Source: Polyangiaceae bacterium
GTDB taxonomy: Bacteria; Myxococcota_A; Polyangia; Polyangiales; Polyangiaceae
Reading direction: 5' to 3'
Assembly (NCBI GenBank): GCA_035063585.1
Contig: JAPSGB010000030.1
Span: 1 to 55,708 of the forward strand
Length of the DNA stretch: 55,708 bases
Part shown: piece by piece, positions 36,935-45,555 of the stretch
Layout: every line of letters starts with the position of its first letter
Position numbering within the stretch: the first letter of the stretch is position 1
Translations under genes and position numbers: made by a program
The notes under the pieces: model-generated
Databases searched by the model: none
What the model was told of the DNA's origin: nothing
Seen by the model: the letters and a program-made list of their open reading frames with translations, nothing else

Positions 36935-38050
36935 CTACTCGGCGATCGTCTCGAAGAACATGTCGGCGATGTGCGCGTGGCCGTCGTTGGTGGGGTGGAT
37001 GCAGCTGATGTCGAACCAGTTCGGCGTGTTCGGCCCCCGGTAGCACTGGCCGCCGGCGTCCTTCGAGTGGTAGCCGCGCCCGCAGAAGTCCTCCCCCATG
37101 AAGATCATGTCCGTGCCGGTCTCTGAAGCGATCTGCATGTACTTCTCGCGGATCTGGGTGATGAGCCCGGCCGCGGCGAGGTACTGACCGGAGAGCCCCG
37201 CGGTGCCCGCCGCGGGGCACGAGGAGAGATCGCCGGTGAGATCGGTGTACTCGTACACGTTGGCGAAGACGACGTACGAGCCGTTGGGGAAGTTCACCGG
37301 ATCCTTGAGCCACTCGATGGTCGCGCGAAGATCGGTGATCATCTTGTCTATCACCGGTTGAGCGGCGGCGGGAGAGAGCTTGTCCCCGGCGACGGACTTG
37401 ATGTCGTTGCCGCCCATCGTGAAGATGGTGAGCGTCTTTTTCTGCTCGACGCCGGGGAAGCACTTCGAGATCTGCCGGTCGCCGCTGAAGAAATCATCGA
37501 CCTTGGCGCCGTTCACCGCGCACGAGGAGACCGCTACCCCGGGGAAGCGCTGCTTCAACCGGTTGGTGAGGAGCGTGCGGTACACGAGGTTCGCAGGCGT
37601 CGGGAACCCCGGACCGACCGTGATCGAGTCGCCGAGGAACACCACGCGCTCGACGCCTTGAATGTCTTGGTTGTTGGTCCCGCTGCAGGTCGAGTTGTAG
37701 TTGCCGCCGAACTTGTCGTAGTTCGGGACCACGAGCGAGCGCGGGTTCTCGTAGATGTTCGCGAAGCAATCCGAGAAGGTCTTCGCGCCACCCGAGGCGC
37801 CGCCGGTGCCGCCGGACGCGCTTCCTGCCGCGCCGCCGGACGCGCTTCCTGCCGCGCCACCCGACGCGCTTCCTGCCGCGCCGCCGGACGCGCTCCCTGC
37901 CGCGCCGCCCGACGCGCTCCCTGCCGCGCCGCCGGCACCCGGGCCCGCGGCGTCATCGCTCCCGCCGCAGCCGGTGAGCGCTCCGAGAGACAAGAGGGAC
38001 GCCGCTCCGAGCGCGGCGATGATGCCCGATGATCCGTGGGTGATACGCAT
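36935..38050 (-). CDS. SGNH/GDSL hydrolase lipoprotein with Gly/Ala/Ser repeat linker
   Basis: Lipobox LTGC; FLGDSIT, NGA, GGND, DISCIHP blocks. Confidence 0.85.
   Translation of the reverse strand: MRITHGSSGIIAALGAASLLSLGALTGCGGSDDAAGPGAGGAAGSASGGAAGSASGGAAGSASGGAAGSASGGAAGSASGGTGGASGGAKTFSDCFANIYENPRSLVVPNYDKFGGNYNSTCSGTNNQDIQGVERVVFLGDSITVGPGFPTPANLVYRTLLTNRLKQRFPGVAVSSCAVNGAKVDDFFSGDRQISKCFPGVEQKKTLTIFTMGGNDIKSVAGDKLSPAAAQPVIDKMITDLRATIEWLKDPVNFPNGSYVVFANVYEYTDLTGDLSSCPAAGTAGLSGQYLAAAGLITQIREKYMQIASETGTDMIFMGEDFCGRGYHSKDAGGQCYRGPNTPNWFDISCIHPTNDGHAHIADMFFETIAE
37808..37927. repeat. coding tandem repeat, 5 x 24 bp (GGAAGSAS linker)
   Basis: Unit GCCGCCGGACGCGCTTCCTGCCGC repeated head to tail with synonymous variation. 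Confidence 0.9.
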
Positions 38051-38141
38051 GAGTTCCTCCGACCGGCCGCCCGGGATTCTACGCGACCACGACCCGCGGG
38101 ACAACGCGCCGAGCGCGCGGGGTGCTAGAGGCCGGAGCTCC

Positions 38142-38912
38142 ATGCAGCTCGTCCTCGTCCAGCCGACCCTGGCTCATACGCCCGACGCGCCCAACACGGA
38201 GGCGATCGAGCGCCTCCTCGCGCCGCGCGCCGCGGATTTCGGGGCGGACACGGTCGTGCTCTTGCCCGAGCGGTTTCACCTCGGCAGCTCGCCGGACGCC
38301 TACGCGCGCGACCTCGAGCGGCTCGCCCGGCAGCTCGGCGCGATCGTGGTCGGTGGCTCGCACTACGAGACGCGCGGCGCCGAGCGCATCAACACCGGGT
38401 TGGTGGTGGACGGCGAGGGCCGCGTCCTCGGCCGCTATGACAAATTGCGGCCGTACTCGGCCGAGCAGCGCTGGGTGAGCCCCGGCGAGCACCTCGGCGA
38501 GCTCGTGCTCGGGGGACGGCGCGCGCTCGTGCTCGTCTGCGCGGATTTCTGGTTCTCGGACCTCTACGCGCGCGCCGAGAGCTTTCCCGAGCTCGTGCTG
38601 GCCCCTGCCCTCAGCGTCACCCGCAAGCCGACCCCCGACTACTCCCGAGCCCTGTGGCGACACCTCGCCATCGCGCGCGCCTACGAGTTCGGCGCGTTCG
38701 TCGGGGTGAGCGACTGGAGCCACGCCTCGCTGGTGCCGCTCCCCGCGAGCGGGGTGGGCGGGTTCGCCGATCCGACCGTGACCGACCCGGCGCGCTTCTT
38801 CACGCCCATCGGCGAAGGCGGCGTGCTCAGCGTCGAGCTCGATTTCGACGCCCTCGAGCGGTTCCGCGAAGACCGACGGGAGCGGGGGTTCTTCGGCAAG
38901 CCGGGCGCCTAG
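38142..38912 (+). CDS. carbon-nitrogen hydrolase (nitrilase superfamily)
   Basis: Catalytic triad contexts LLPE, YDK, LVCAD; starts MQLVLVQP. Confidence 0.85.
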   Translation: MQLVLVQPTLAHTPDAPNTEAIERLLAPRAADFGADTVVLLPERFHLGSSPDAYARDLERLARQLGAIVVGGSHYETRGAERINTGLVVDGEGRVLGRYDKLRPYSAEQRWVSPGEHLGELVLGGRRALVLVCADFWFSDLYARAESFPELVLAPALSVTRKPTPDYSRALWRHLAIARAYEFGAFVGVSDWSHASLVPLPASGVGGFADPTVTDPARFFTPIGEGGVLSVELDFDALERFREDRRERGFFGKPGA

Positions 38913-39006
38913 CAGAGCCGGCGCTCGCCGGTTTCGCTTCGGCGCTCCCCCTACGCCCGAGGTCGTCGAGGAGCGTCCACGGTAGCCCGGCGGCTCGGCC
39001 CGGATT

Positions 39007-41100
39007 TCAGCGCACGCCGTCCTCGTCCGACGCCAAGAGCTGCCCCAGCGGCGATCTCAGCAGCTCGCCCAGCAACCGGAGCCCGACCCCGCGCTCTTCC
39101 GAGAAGCTGTCCGTCACGTCGGGATCCGAGTCAGTGAGCGAGTGGAGCTCCGGAGCTCCCCAGTCGACCGGGACCACCAGCTTCCGTCGTCCGTCGACGA
39201 TGCCGACTCGCGAAGGGGCGTCTCCTTCCGTCGAGTAAATCACTATCGGGAGCCGGCGCGCGCGAGGCGCTCCGGGGAGCGAGAAGCGCAGGAGATCCTC
39301 GCCATGCATCTGCCCGACGTTCGGGGCCTCGGTCATGTAGGGCACGAGGGTCGGGGCCAGATCCGCGAGCGAGACCGGCTCGCCGATGCGCTGCGGCTTC
39401 ACGCCCGGAATGCGTAAGAGAAGCGGGACGCGAATCAGCGGCTCCCACAAGTGGGTGCCGTGCACGTCGAAATCCCGGTAGCCGAGCCCCTCGCCGTGAT
39501 CGGACACGAACACGACGATGGTGTCCTCCGCGAGCCCGAGATCCTGCAGCGTCGACAGCAGATGACCGAACGCAGCATCTACCCCGCGCGCAGCGACTCG
39601 ATACCTCCACGGAACCGCTCCCGGTTCGACGATCTCGTAACGCGCGGCCGTCGAACGAATATAGGTCTCATCGAGGCTCCAGCTCGAATGAACATCGAAG
39701 TTGAAGACCCAGGCGAAAAATGGCTTACGCTCTGCTCTCCGCGCCAGCCAATCCTCCACTTGCTGCGTCAATAGCGCGGCGGTCGGCACATTGGCCCCAT
39801 GGCCGACGGCCTCTCGAACCCCCCGATGCGTGTAGTTATGGTCCGCCGCCGATTCGACGTCATCGAACGCGAAGCCCGGCAGAACCTCGCGCACGTACTG
39901 GAGGGCCGAAGTCGGGATGAAGAGTCGGGAGCTCATGCCACCCCGCTTCGCTTCGTAGAGTAGTCCTTGCTGGTCGAGCCATCGCAGGACGACCGAGCCG
40001 GACACCAGGACCGGGAGCACCTCGCGCGTGGCCGACGAGACCGAGTACGCGCGCGTGAAGTCGAGGGACTGCCCCGAGAATCTCACGAGCTCCGGCATGA
40101 TCGACGGGTCCGAAGCGACGTCGGCGCGGAGCGTATCTACGTAATAGATGAGGATGTTCGGCCGAGCCGAGCCCCGCTGCTGCGCGAGCCGTCGTCGCTC
40201 GGCAGGCGGGGGCGGCGGCGGGGAACGCCACGCCGGATCGAGCGTCGTGTTCGAGAGATCGTAGGCCTGCGCAAGCTGCACGAGCCGCGACGCGCTCCGG
40301 CCCTGGAAGCCCCGTTCGAGCCGCTTCATGCGCGCCACTTGGCGGCGGACGTAGAGGGGGCTGGCCGCTCCGGCGCCCTGGTGCCGCTCGGCCCAGGCGC
40401 GCGGCGCGCTCGTCCCGACGAACGCCGCCGTCGTCAGGACCGCGAAGACGGCGAGGCTGCCGGAGATCACCGGCCACCCTCTGACATCTTCCCACGAGAG
40501 CAGCGCCGCGACGCTCATCAGCCCGGCCACCGCGGCAAGCTCCAACGCCGTGTGCAGGCTCTGGTAGAGCCCGACGTACATCACGCGGTCTGACCACAGC
40601 GCCGCGCTCACCATGAGCAGCCCAGCGGTGAGCGCCAGCCGACGCGGCCAACGGCGACCTCGCCGCAGCGCTCGCGTGACCTCTCGAGCGCCGACCCAGC
40701 CGGCCGCTCCGGCCAACGCGACCAGCACGACCGCGCCGTCTCGCAGCCGCGCTCCGGGGTCGGCACGAGCGAGTGCTCGACCCGACAAACCTTCCCTGAG
40801 GCTCGGCCCCATGAGCATCGCAGTGGCGAGCCCGACGACGATCGCGCCTGCCGAAGAGCGGCCGACCCATCGGCCGACGGCGCGATCTCCCGCGTCGGCC
40901 AGAAATACAATGACTCCGGCCCCCACGCCCCAGAGCCCAGCCTCGGCCAGTGAGCAGGCGAGCGCGACCATCCAGCCATCGAGAGACTCCGAAGCCGGCG
41001 TCCCGAACACCGCGTCCACTGCGAGCAAGCCGAACCGCGCCAGCGCCGCGAGCGTCGTGGCGGTCGCGATCGTGGCGAGCAAGCGCTCAAGTGGCGACAC
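39007..41100 (-). CDS. membrane-anchored sulfatase-like hydrolase/transferase (alkaline phosphatase superfamily)
   Basis: Multi-TM N-terminus; PNILIYYVDTLRAD, DVH, VFVSDHGEG, HG..LWEPLIRVPLL; no CxPxR. Confidence 0.85.
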   Translation of the reverse strand: MSPLERLLATIATATTLAALARFGLLAVDAVFGTPASESLDGWMVALACSLAEAGLWGVGAGVIVFLADAGDRAVGRWVGRSSAGAIVVGLATAMLMGPSLREGLSGRALARADPGARLRDGAVVLVALAGAAGWVGAREVTRALRRGRRWPRRLALTAGLLMVSAALWSDRVMYVGLYQSLHTALELAAVAGLMSVAALLSWEDVRGWPVISGSLAVFAVLTTAAFVGTSAPRAWAERHQGAGAASPLYVRRQVARMKRLERGFQGRSASRLVQLAQAYDLSNTTLDPAWRSPPPPPPAERRRLAQQRGSARPNILIYYVDTLRADVASDPSIMPELVRFSGQSLDFTRAYSVSSATREVLPVLVSGSVVLRWLDQQGLLYEAKRGGMSSRLFIPTSALQYVREVLPGFAFDDVESAADHNYTHRGVREAVGHGANVPTAALLTQQVEDWLARRAERKPFFAWVFNFDVHSSWSLDETYIRSTAARYEIVEPGAVPWRYRVAARGVDAAFGHLLSTLQDLGLAEDTIVVFVSDHGEGLGYRDFDVHGTHLWEPLIRVPLLLRIPGVKPQRIGEPVSLADLAPTLVPYMTEAPNVGQMHGEDLLRFSLPGAPRARRLPIVIYSTEGDAPSRVGIVDGRRKLVVPVDWGAPELHSLTDSDPDVTDSFSEERGVGLRLLGELLRSPLGQLLASDEDGVR

Positions 41101-41122
41101 TGGATCGCGCTATCATATCTCG

Positions 41123-42607
41123 ATGACGCATGAAGTGGGACGAGTCGGCTCCGCTGCCGAACCTGCGATTCCCGGCTCCGTCCGGCGCGCCTCGAAGCGC
41201 TCTCCAAGCTGGCACGCTCGACTCGCGACGTCGCTCATCACCACAGCGTCGCTCGTCACCGCGGCTTCGCTCGCGGCCTGTGGCGGGGGCGCGTCGGATC
41301 CCGGGAGCTCGGCGACGGGTGATGGGGGCACCGATGCCAGCGGCTCCGACGGCAGCAGCTCCGACGGCAGCAACTCCGACGGCAGCAACTCCGACGGCAG
41401 CAGCCCCGACGGCGGCGGCCCTGACGGCGGCGGCCCTGACGGCGGCGGCCCCGACGGCGGCGGCCCTGACGGCGGCGGCACGCGGCTGGTTCGGATCAGC
41501 GTCAGAAAGAAGACCGTGTACGCCCTCTCCCCGGACCGAACCCGCATCTATGGCTGGGGCTCGAACGCGTCGCGAGTCATTCGCAAGACGCCCTCCGACA
41601 GCGTCTACGAAGGGCCCGTCTCCCTCGACATCGACGGGATCCCCGCGGGCCCTTATCGGAAAATCGTGAGCAGCGATGACAAGACCTGCGTGCTCACCGA
41701 CAGCGGGGAGGTCTACTGCTTCGGTGACGCCGGACCGAACGACTCGCTCGGCAACGGCGACAGCGAGTCCCACGGCTCGGCGGTGAAGCTCGCGGCCGGG
41801 GACATCCCTGCTGGCGTGAAGGTCGTGGGCCTCGACATCTCCGCGTTCACGAGCTGCGCGGTTGGCGACGACGGCGAGGCGTACTGCTGGGGAGACTTCC
41901 ATCGGGTCCCCGACCTCGATCCGTCGCTCGCGACGGTCACCGCTCCGCGGCTCATCGTCCGCGGTAACGTCCCCGGGGAAATCACCGACGTCTCGACCGC
42001 GATCAATCGCTCGTGCGTGCTCGCCGAGGGTCGCCCGTACTGCTGGTTCCTCGACGAGCCCGAGCTCATCCCGCCGGGAGAGCTCCCAGCCGGGGCCAAG
42101 CTCCTCGCGCTCCGCATCAACGACGACTTTAGCTGCGCCGCGGCCGACGACGGTGAAATCTACTGCTTTGGCACCGCGTCGGGCCGCCGCTTCGGGGCGG
42201 GCGCCTCCGATTTCGTCTCGAACTCGCCGCTCACCCGGGTGAGCCGCGCCCACCTGCCGGCGAACGTCCGCTTCCAAGACGTCACCGTCGGCGGCATCGC
42301 CGGCGCTAGCTGCGGGCTCGGCTCGGACGGCTGGGCCTACTGCTGGGGGAGCGGCGAGGACGGCGCGGTAGGGGACGGAGAGCTCGGCGCGCACGACGTG
42401 CTCGCGCCGGTCGCGGTCGAGCGAGGCGAGGTCCCGAGCGGGGTCACCTTCGTCGGCTTGAACTGTGGGACGTACCACTGTAGCGGGGAAGGCTCGGACG
42501 GGTTCGTCTACTCCTGGGGGAGCAACGAGGACGGGGTGCTCGCGGTGCCCGTCTCCTCGCTTCCCCGCGTCGCTCATCCGGTTCGAGCCAGCGCGGCCCG
42601 CGACTGA
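41123..42607 (+). CDS. RCC1/BLIP-II repeat lipoprotein
   Basis: Lipobox LAAC; repeated C....G.(V/A)YC(F/W)G units; repeat linker. Confidence 0.85.
   Translation: MTHEVGRVGSAAEPAIPGSVRRASKRSPSWHARLATSLITTASLVTAASLAACGGGASDPGSSATGDGGTDASGSDGSSSDGSNSDGSNSDGSSPDGGGPDGGGPDGGGPDGGGPDGGGTRLVRISVRKKTVYALSPDRTRIYGWGSNASRVIRKTPSDSVYEGPVSLDIDGIPAGPYRKIVSSDDKTCVLTDSGEVYCFGDAGPNDSLGNGDSESHGSAVKLAAGDIPAGVKVVGLDISAFTSCAVGDDGEAYCWGDFHRVPDLDPSLATVTAPRLIVRGNVPGEITDVSTAINRSCVLAEGRPYCWFLDEPELIPPGELPAGAKLLALRINDDFSCAAADDGEIYCFGTASGRRFGAGASDFVSNSPLTRVSRAHLPANVRFQDVTVGGIAGASCGLGSDGWAYCWGSGEDGAVGDGELGAHDVLAPVAVERGEVPSGVTFVGLNCGTYHCSGEGSDGFVYSWGSNEDGVLAVPVSSLPRVAHPVRASAARD
41345..41479. repeat. coding tandem repeat, 9 x 15 bp (SDGSS/SDGSN then PDGGG)
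   Basis: Units TCCGACGGCAGCA(G/A)C x4 then CC(C/T)GACGGCGGCGGC x5. Confidence 0.9.
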
Positions 42608-42737
42608 GCCCGCGTCGCCGCGCGCCGCATCCCCTCCGCGGATCGCGACCGCGACCCGAGGCTCTGGTCGGCCCGGCGCGCAGCCGCGCTCGCCGGCCCC
42701 CGTTGCGCTTCGCCAGATTGCGCTTAGCGTGAGCGCC

Positions 42738-44030
42738 ATGACCCGCGTCGTAGTGGTCGGTGGTGGATTCGGCGGGCTCCGCGTCACGACCGCGCTTCGC
42801 CGCGCGCCGGTCGAGGTAACGCTCGTGGATCGCTCGAACCACCACCTCTTCCAGCCGCTCCTCTATCAAATCGCGATGGCCGGCCTCTCGCCGGCCGACA
42901 TCGCCTATCCGCTGAGGAGCGCGCTCCGCGCCCAGCAAAACGCGACCGTGCTGCTCGGCGAGGTGGCGCGGGTGGAGCTCGAACGGCGCGTCGTCGAGCT
43001 CTCCGACGGTGAGCGGCTCGCTTACGACTATCTCGTGATCGCGGCCGGCGCGAAGACCAACTTCTTCGGCCACGACGAGTGGAGCGGAGCCGCGCTCGGG
43101 CTCAAGAGCATCGACGACGCGATCGAGATCCGGCGGCGAGTGCTGCTCGCGTTCGAGGCCGCCGAGCGGGAGCCCGATCCGGAGGCGCGCAAGCGGCTGC
43201 TCACCTTCGCGGTCATCGGCGGCGGACCGACCGGTGTCGAGATCGCCGGCGCGCTCGCGGAGCTCGCGCGCACGGTGATGCGGCGTGATTTCCGCCACAT
43301 CGATCCGTCGATGACCCGGGTGGTCCTCATCGAGATGCAGGGGCGTCTGCTCTCGGGCGGGTTCGCCCCCAAGCTGTCCGACGAGGCGCGCCGTGAGCTC
43401 GAGGAGCTCGGCGTCGAGGTGCGCCTCGACACGGCCGTCGAGCGCATCGATGACCGGGGCGTCTCGACCGCGACCGAGACGATCGAGGCCGCGACGGTGC
43501 TCTGGACGGCCGGGGTCCGCGCTCGCAGCGTGTCGTCAGCCCTCGGCGTCGAGCTCGACCGCGCCGGGCGCATCCGGGTGGAGGCTGACTGCAGCGTGCC
43601 GGATCACCCGGAGGTGTTCGCGATCGGCGACATCGCCTGCTTCGTCCCCGACGGCGGACACGCGCCGCTCCCGGGGGTCGCGCAGGTCGCGCTCCAGCAG
43701 GGTCGCTTCGTCGCGCGGACCATCGCGGCCGAGCTCCGAGGCGCGCCTCGCGCGCGCTTCCGCTACCTCGACAAGGGCATGATGGCGACCATCGGTCGCT
43801 CGCGCGCGGTCGCACAGACGTGGCGCGGACGGGTGCGCCTCGGCGGGTTCGTCGCGTGGATCGCCTGGCTCTTCATCCACATCTGGTACTTGATAGGCTT
43901 CCGAAACCGCGTCGCGGTGCTCGCCAACTGGGCGTGGGCCTACTTCACCTACCGCCGCGGCGCGCGGCTCATCACCGGCGAGGGCGCGTGGCGCCGCCTC
44001 CCCGAGCTCGCCGCGCGCGCCCGGACGTGA
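42738..44030 (+). CDS. ndh: type II NADH:quinone oxidoreductase (NDH-2)
   Basis: VVVVGGGFGG, HLFQPLLYQ, IGGGPTGVEIAG, VFAIGD, AQVALQQG, YLDKGMMATIGR, AWLFIH. Confidence 0.9.
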   Translation: MTRVVVVGGGFGGLRVTTALRRAPVEVTLVDRSNHHLFQPLLYQIAMAGLSPADIAYPLRSALRAQQNATVLLGEVARVELERRVVELSDGERLAYDYLVIAAGAKTNFFGHDEWSGAALGLKSIDDAIEIRRRVLLAFEAAEREPDPEARKRLLTFAVIGGGPTGVEIAGALAELARTVMRRDFRHIDPSMTRVVLIEMQGRLLSGGFAPKLSDEARRELEELGVEVRLDTAVERIDDRGVSTATETIEAATVLWTAGVRARSVSSALGVELDRAGRIRVEADCSVPDHPEVFAIGDIACFVPDGGHAPLPGVAQVALQQGRFVARTIAAELRGAPRARFRYLDKGMMATIGRSRAVAQTWRGRVRLGGFVAWIAWLFIHIWYLIGFRNRVAVLANWAWAYFTYRRGARLITGEGAWRRLPELAARART

Positions 44031-44097
44031 TCGCCGTATGCGGCGGACGGGCCTCGCGTCGGCGCGCCGGGCCGACATCCCTGCTATAAGGACGCGC

Positions 44098-45555
44098 GTG
44101 CCGATCCCCGGGAAGCTCGCGCGCGATGCGACGGTCGCCGGGCCGCTCGGCACGCTCGCCCTCGCCCACACGCGTCCGCGAGCGAGCCTGCTCGCGCTCC
44201 GCGCGCTCGCGTGGCACACCGGGCTCGCGCGGCTCGGCGTCGAGGTGCCGTTCTGCGTCGTCCACGACCTCGGGCTCCTGCTCGCCTGCCCGAACCAGCA
44301 GCTCGAGCTCGGGCCGCGCGTAGAGCTCTCGGCGGCGCTCGCGCCGCTCCGCGGGGCCGAGGCGGTGGTCCGCGCCTACCGCGCGCTCGTCGAGGAGGTC
44401 GCCGGCAGCGAGGCGGCGCTCCGCTCGAGCCGGCTCGCGCTCCGCGACGACCTGGTCGTGGTGCTGCTCGCGCGTCTGCTCGCGCGCGTCGTCAAGGGCG
44501 CCGGCGGGCAGCCTCCTTACGAGAGTCGTGTGCCGCTCGACGCCTCCCTCTTCGAAGGGCTCGACTCCGAGCTCCTGGGTTGGTTCGGCGCGGTACCCCG
44601 CGAGTGGGAGCTCGCCCAGCTGCGCGCGCTCATCGAGGCCCGCCTATACCTGCTCACCTTGGTCGACGCGCTCGACCTCGACACCTTGCAGCTCTTCGGG
44701 CTGGTCGGCGGTGACGCCTCGCAAGGCGCGCTCGCGCAGGTGGATCTGCTCGGCATCCTCGGCCATCAAGAGGCGAACGACGTGGTCGACTTCTCACTCG
44801 AGCTCCTCCCGAGCGTGCTCGAGACGAAGACGCGCCCCGCGGCCGGCACCCACGCCGCATTCGGCTACGCCGGGCTCACCCGCACCGGCAGCCTCGACAG
44901 CCTCATGCTGACCGAGCTCGCGTGGGACGGCGAGGAGCTCATGCGGCGGATGGCCGACAACGAGGTCCTCTACTACGCGCGCGAGGAGGCGCGGGATGAC
45001 TCGCGCCTCGTGCACCACCTGCTCATCGATGCGAGCGCATCGATGCGCGGAGACCGCGCGACCTTCGCGCGCGGGCTGGCGCTCGCCACCGGCAAGCAGC
45101 TCCTCCTGGCCGGTGAGGCGGTGACGGTGCGCTTCTTCGACTCACGTCTCTACGAAGCGGAGCCGGCACGCGAGGGCAAGCTGCCGGTCGCGCGCCTCCT
45201 GTCCTTCAAGGGCGAGCACGGACGAAACCCGAGCCGCGTTTTCCGCGAGCTGGCGAGCGTGCTCGCGCTGGCGGCGCGCCGCGACCCGCGGCAGCCGGTG
45301 GTGCACCTCTTCACCCACGCCGCGCTCTACATCCCGCGCGACGTCGTCCGCTCGGTGAAGGAGAACGCGCGGCTCGACGCGGTGTTCATGCTTCCGTCGG
45401 GCGGCGAGCTCGTCCTCGACTACCTCGATTTGCTCGATGCGTATTGGGTCATCGATCATCAGACGCTCGGTAGCCGCGAGGCGCGCGCGCAGGAGGCGCG
45501 TCGAATCCTGACGCGCTCGGGGCCGATCGAGCCGGTCGGGGCGGCGCCCGCGTGA
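44098..45555 (+). CDS. vWA-domain protein, ViaA/CoxE-like (MoxR partner type)
   Basis: LLIDASASMRG (DxSxS) preceded by GSLDSLMLTELA...RRMADNEVLYY; GTG 44098 chosen over ATG 44038 because of TGCTATAAG just upstream. Confidence 0.7.
   Translation: MPIPGKLARDATVAGPLGTLALAHTRPRASLLALRALAWHTGLARLGVEVPFCVVHDLGLLLACPNQQLELGPRVELSAALAPLRGAEAVVRAYRALVEEVAGSEAALRSSRLALRDDLVVVLLARLLARVVKGAGGQPPYESRVPLDASLFEGLDSELLGWFGAVPREWELAQLRALIEARLYLLTLVDALDLDTLQLFGLVGGDASQGALAQVDLLGILGHQEANDVVDFSLELLPSVLETKTRPAAGTHAAFGYAGLTRTGSLDSLMLTELAWDGEELMRRMADNEVLYYAREEARDDSRLVHHLLIDASASMRGDRATFARGLALATGKQLLLAGEAVTVRFFDSRLYEAEPAREGKLPVARLLSFKGEHGRNPSRVFRELASVLALAARRDPRQPVVHLFTHAALYIPRDVVRSVKENARLDAVFMLPSGGELVLDYLDLLDAYWVIDHQTLGSREARAQEARRILTRSGPIEPVGAAPA

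Noticed and set aside
24409..41100. FGE-like protein as maturase for the sulfatase-like gene
   Set aside because: The genes are 13 kb apart, the sulfatase-like protein lacks the C/SxPxR target motif, and the FGE-fold protein is an exported lipoprotein
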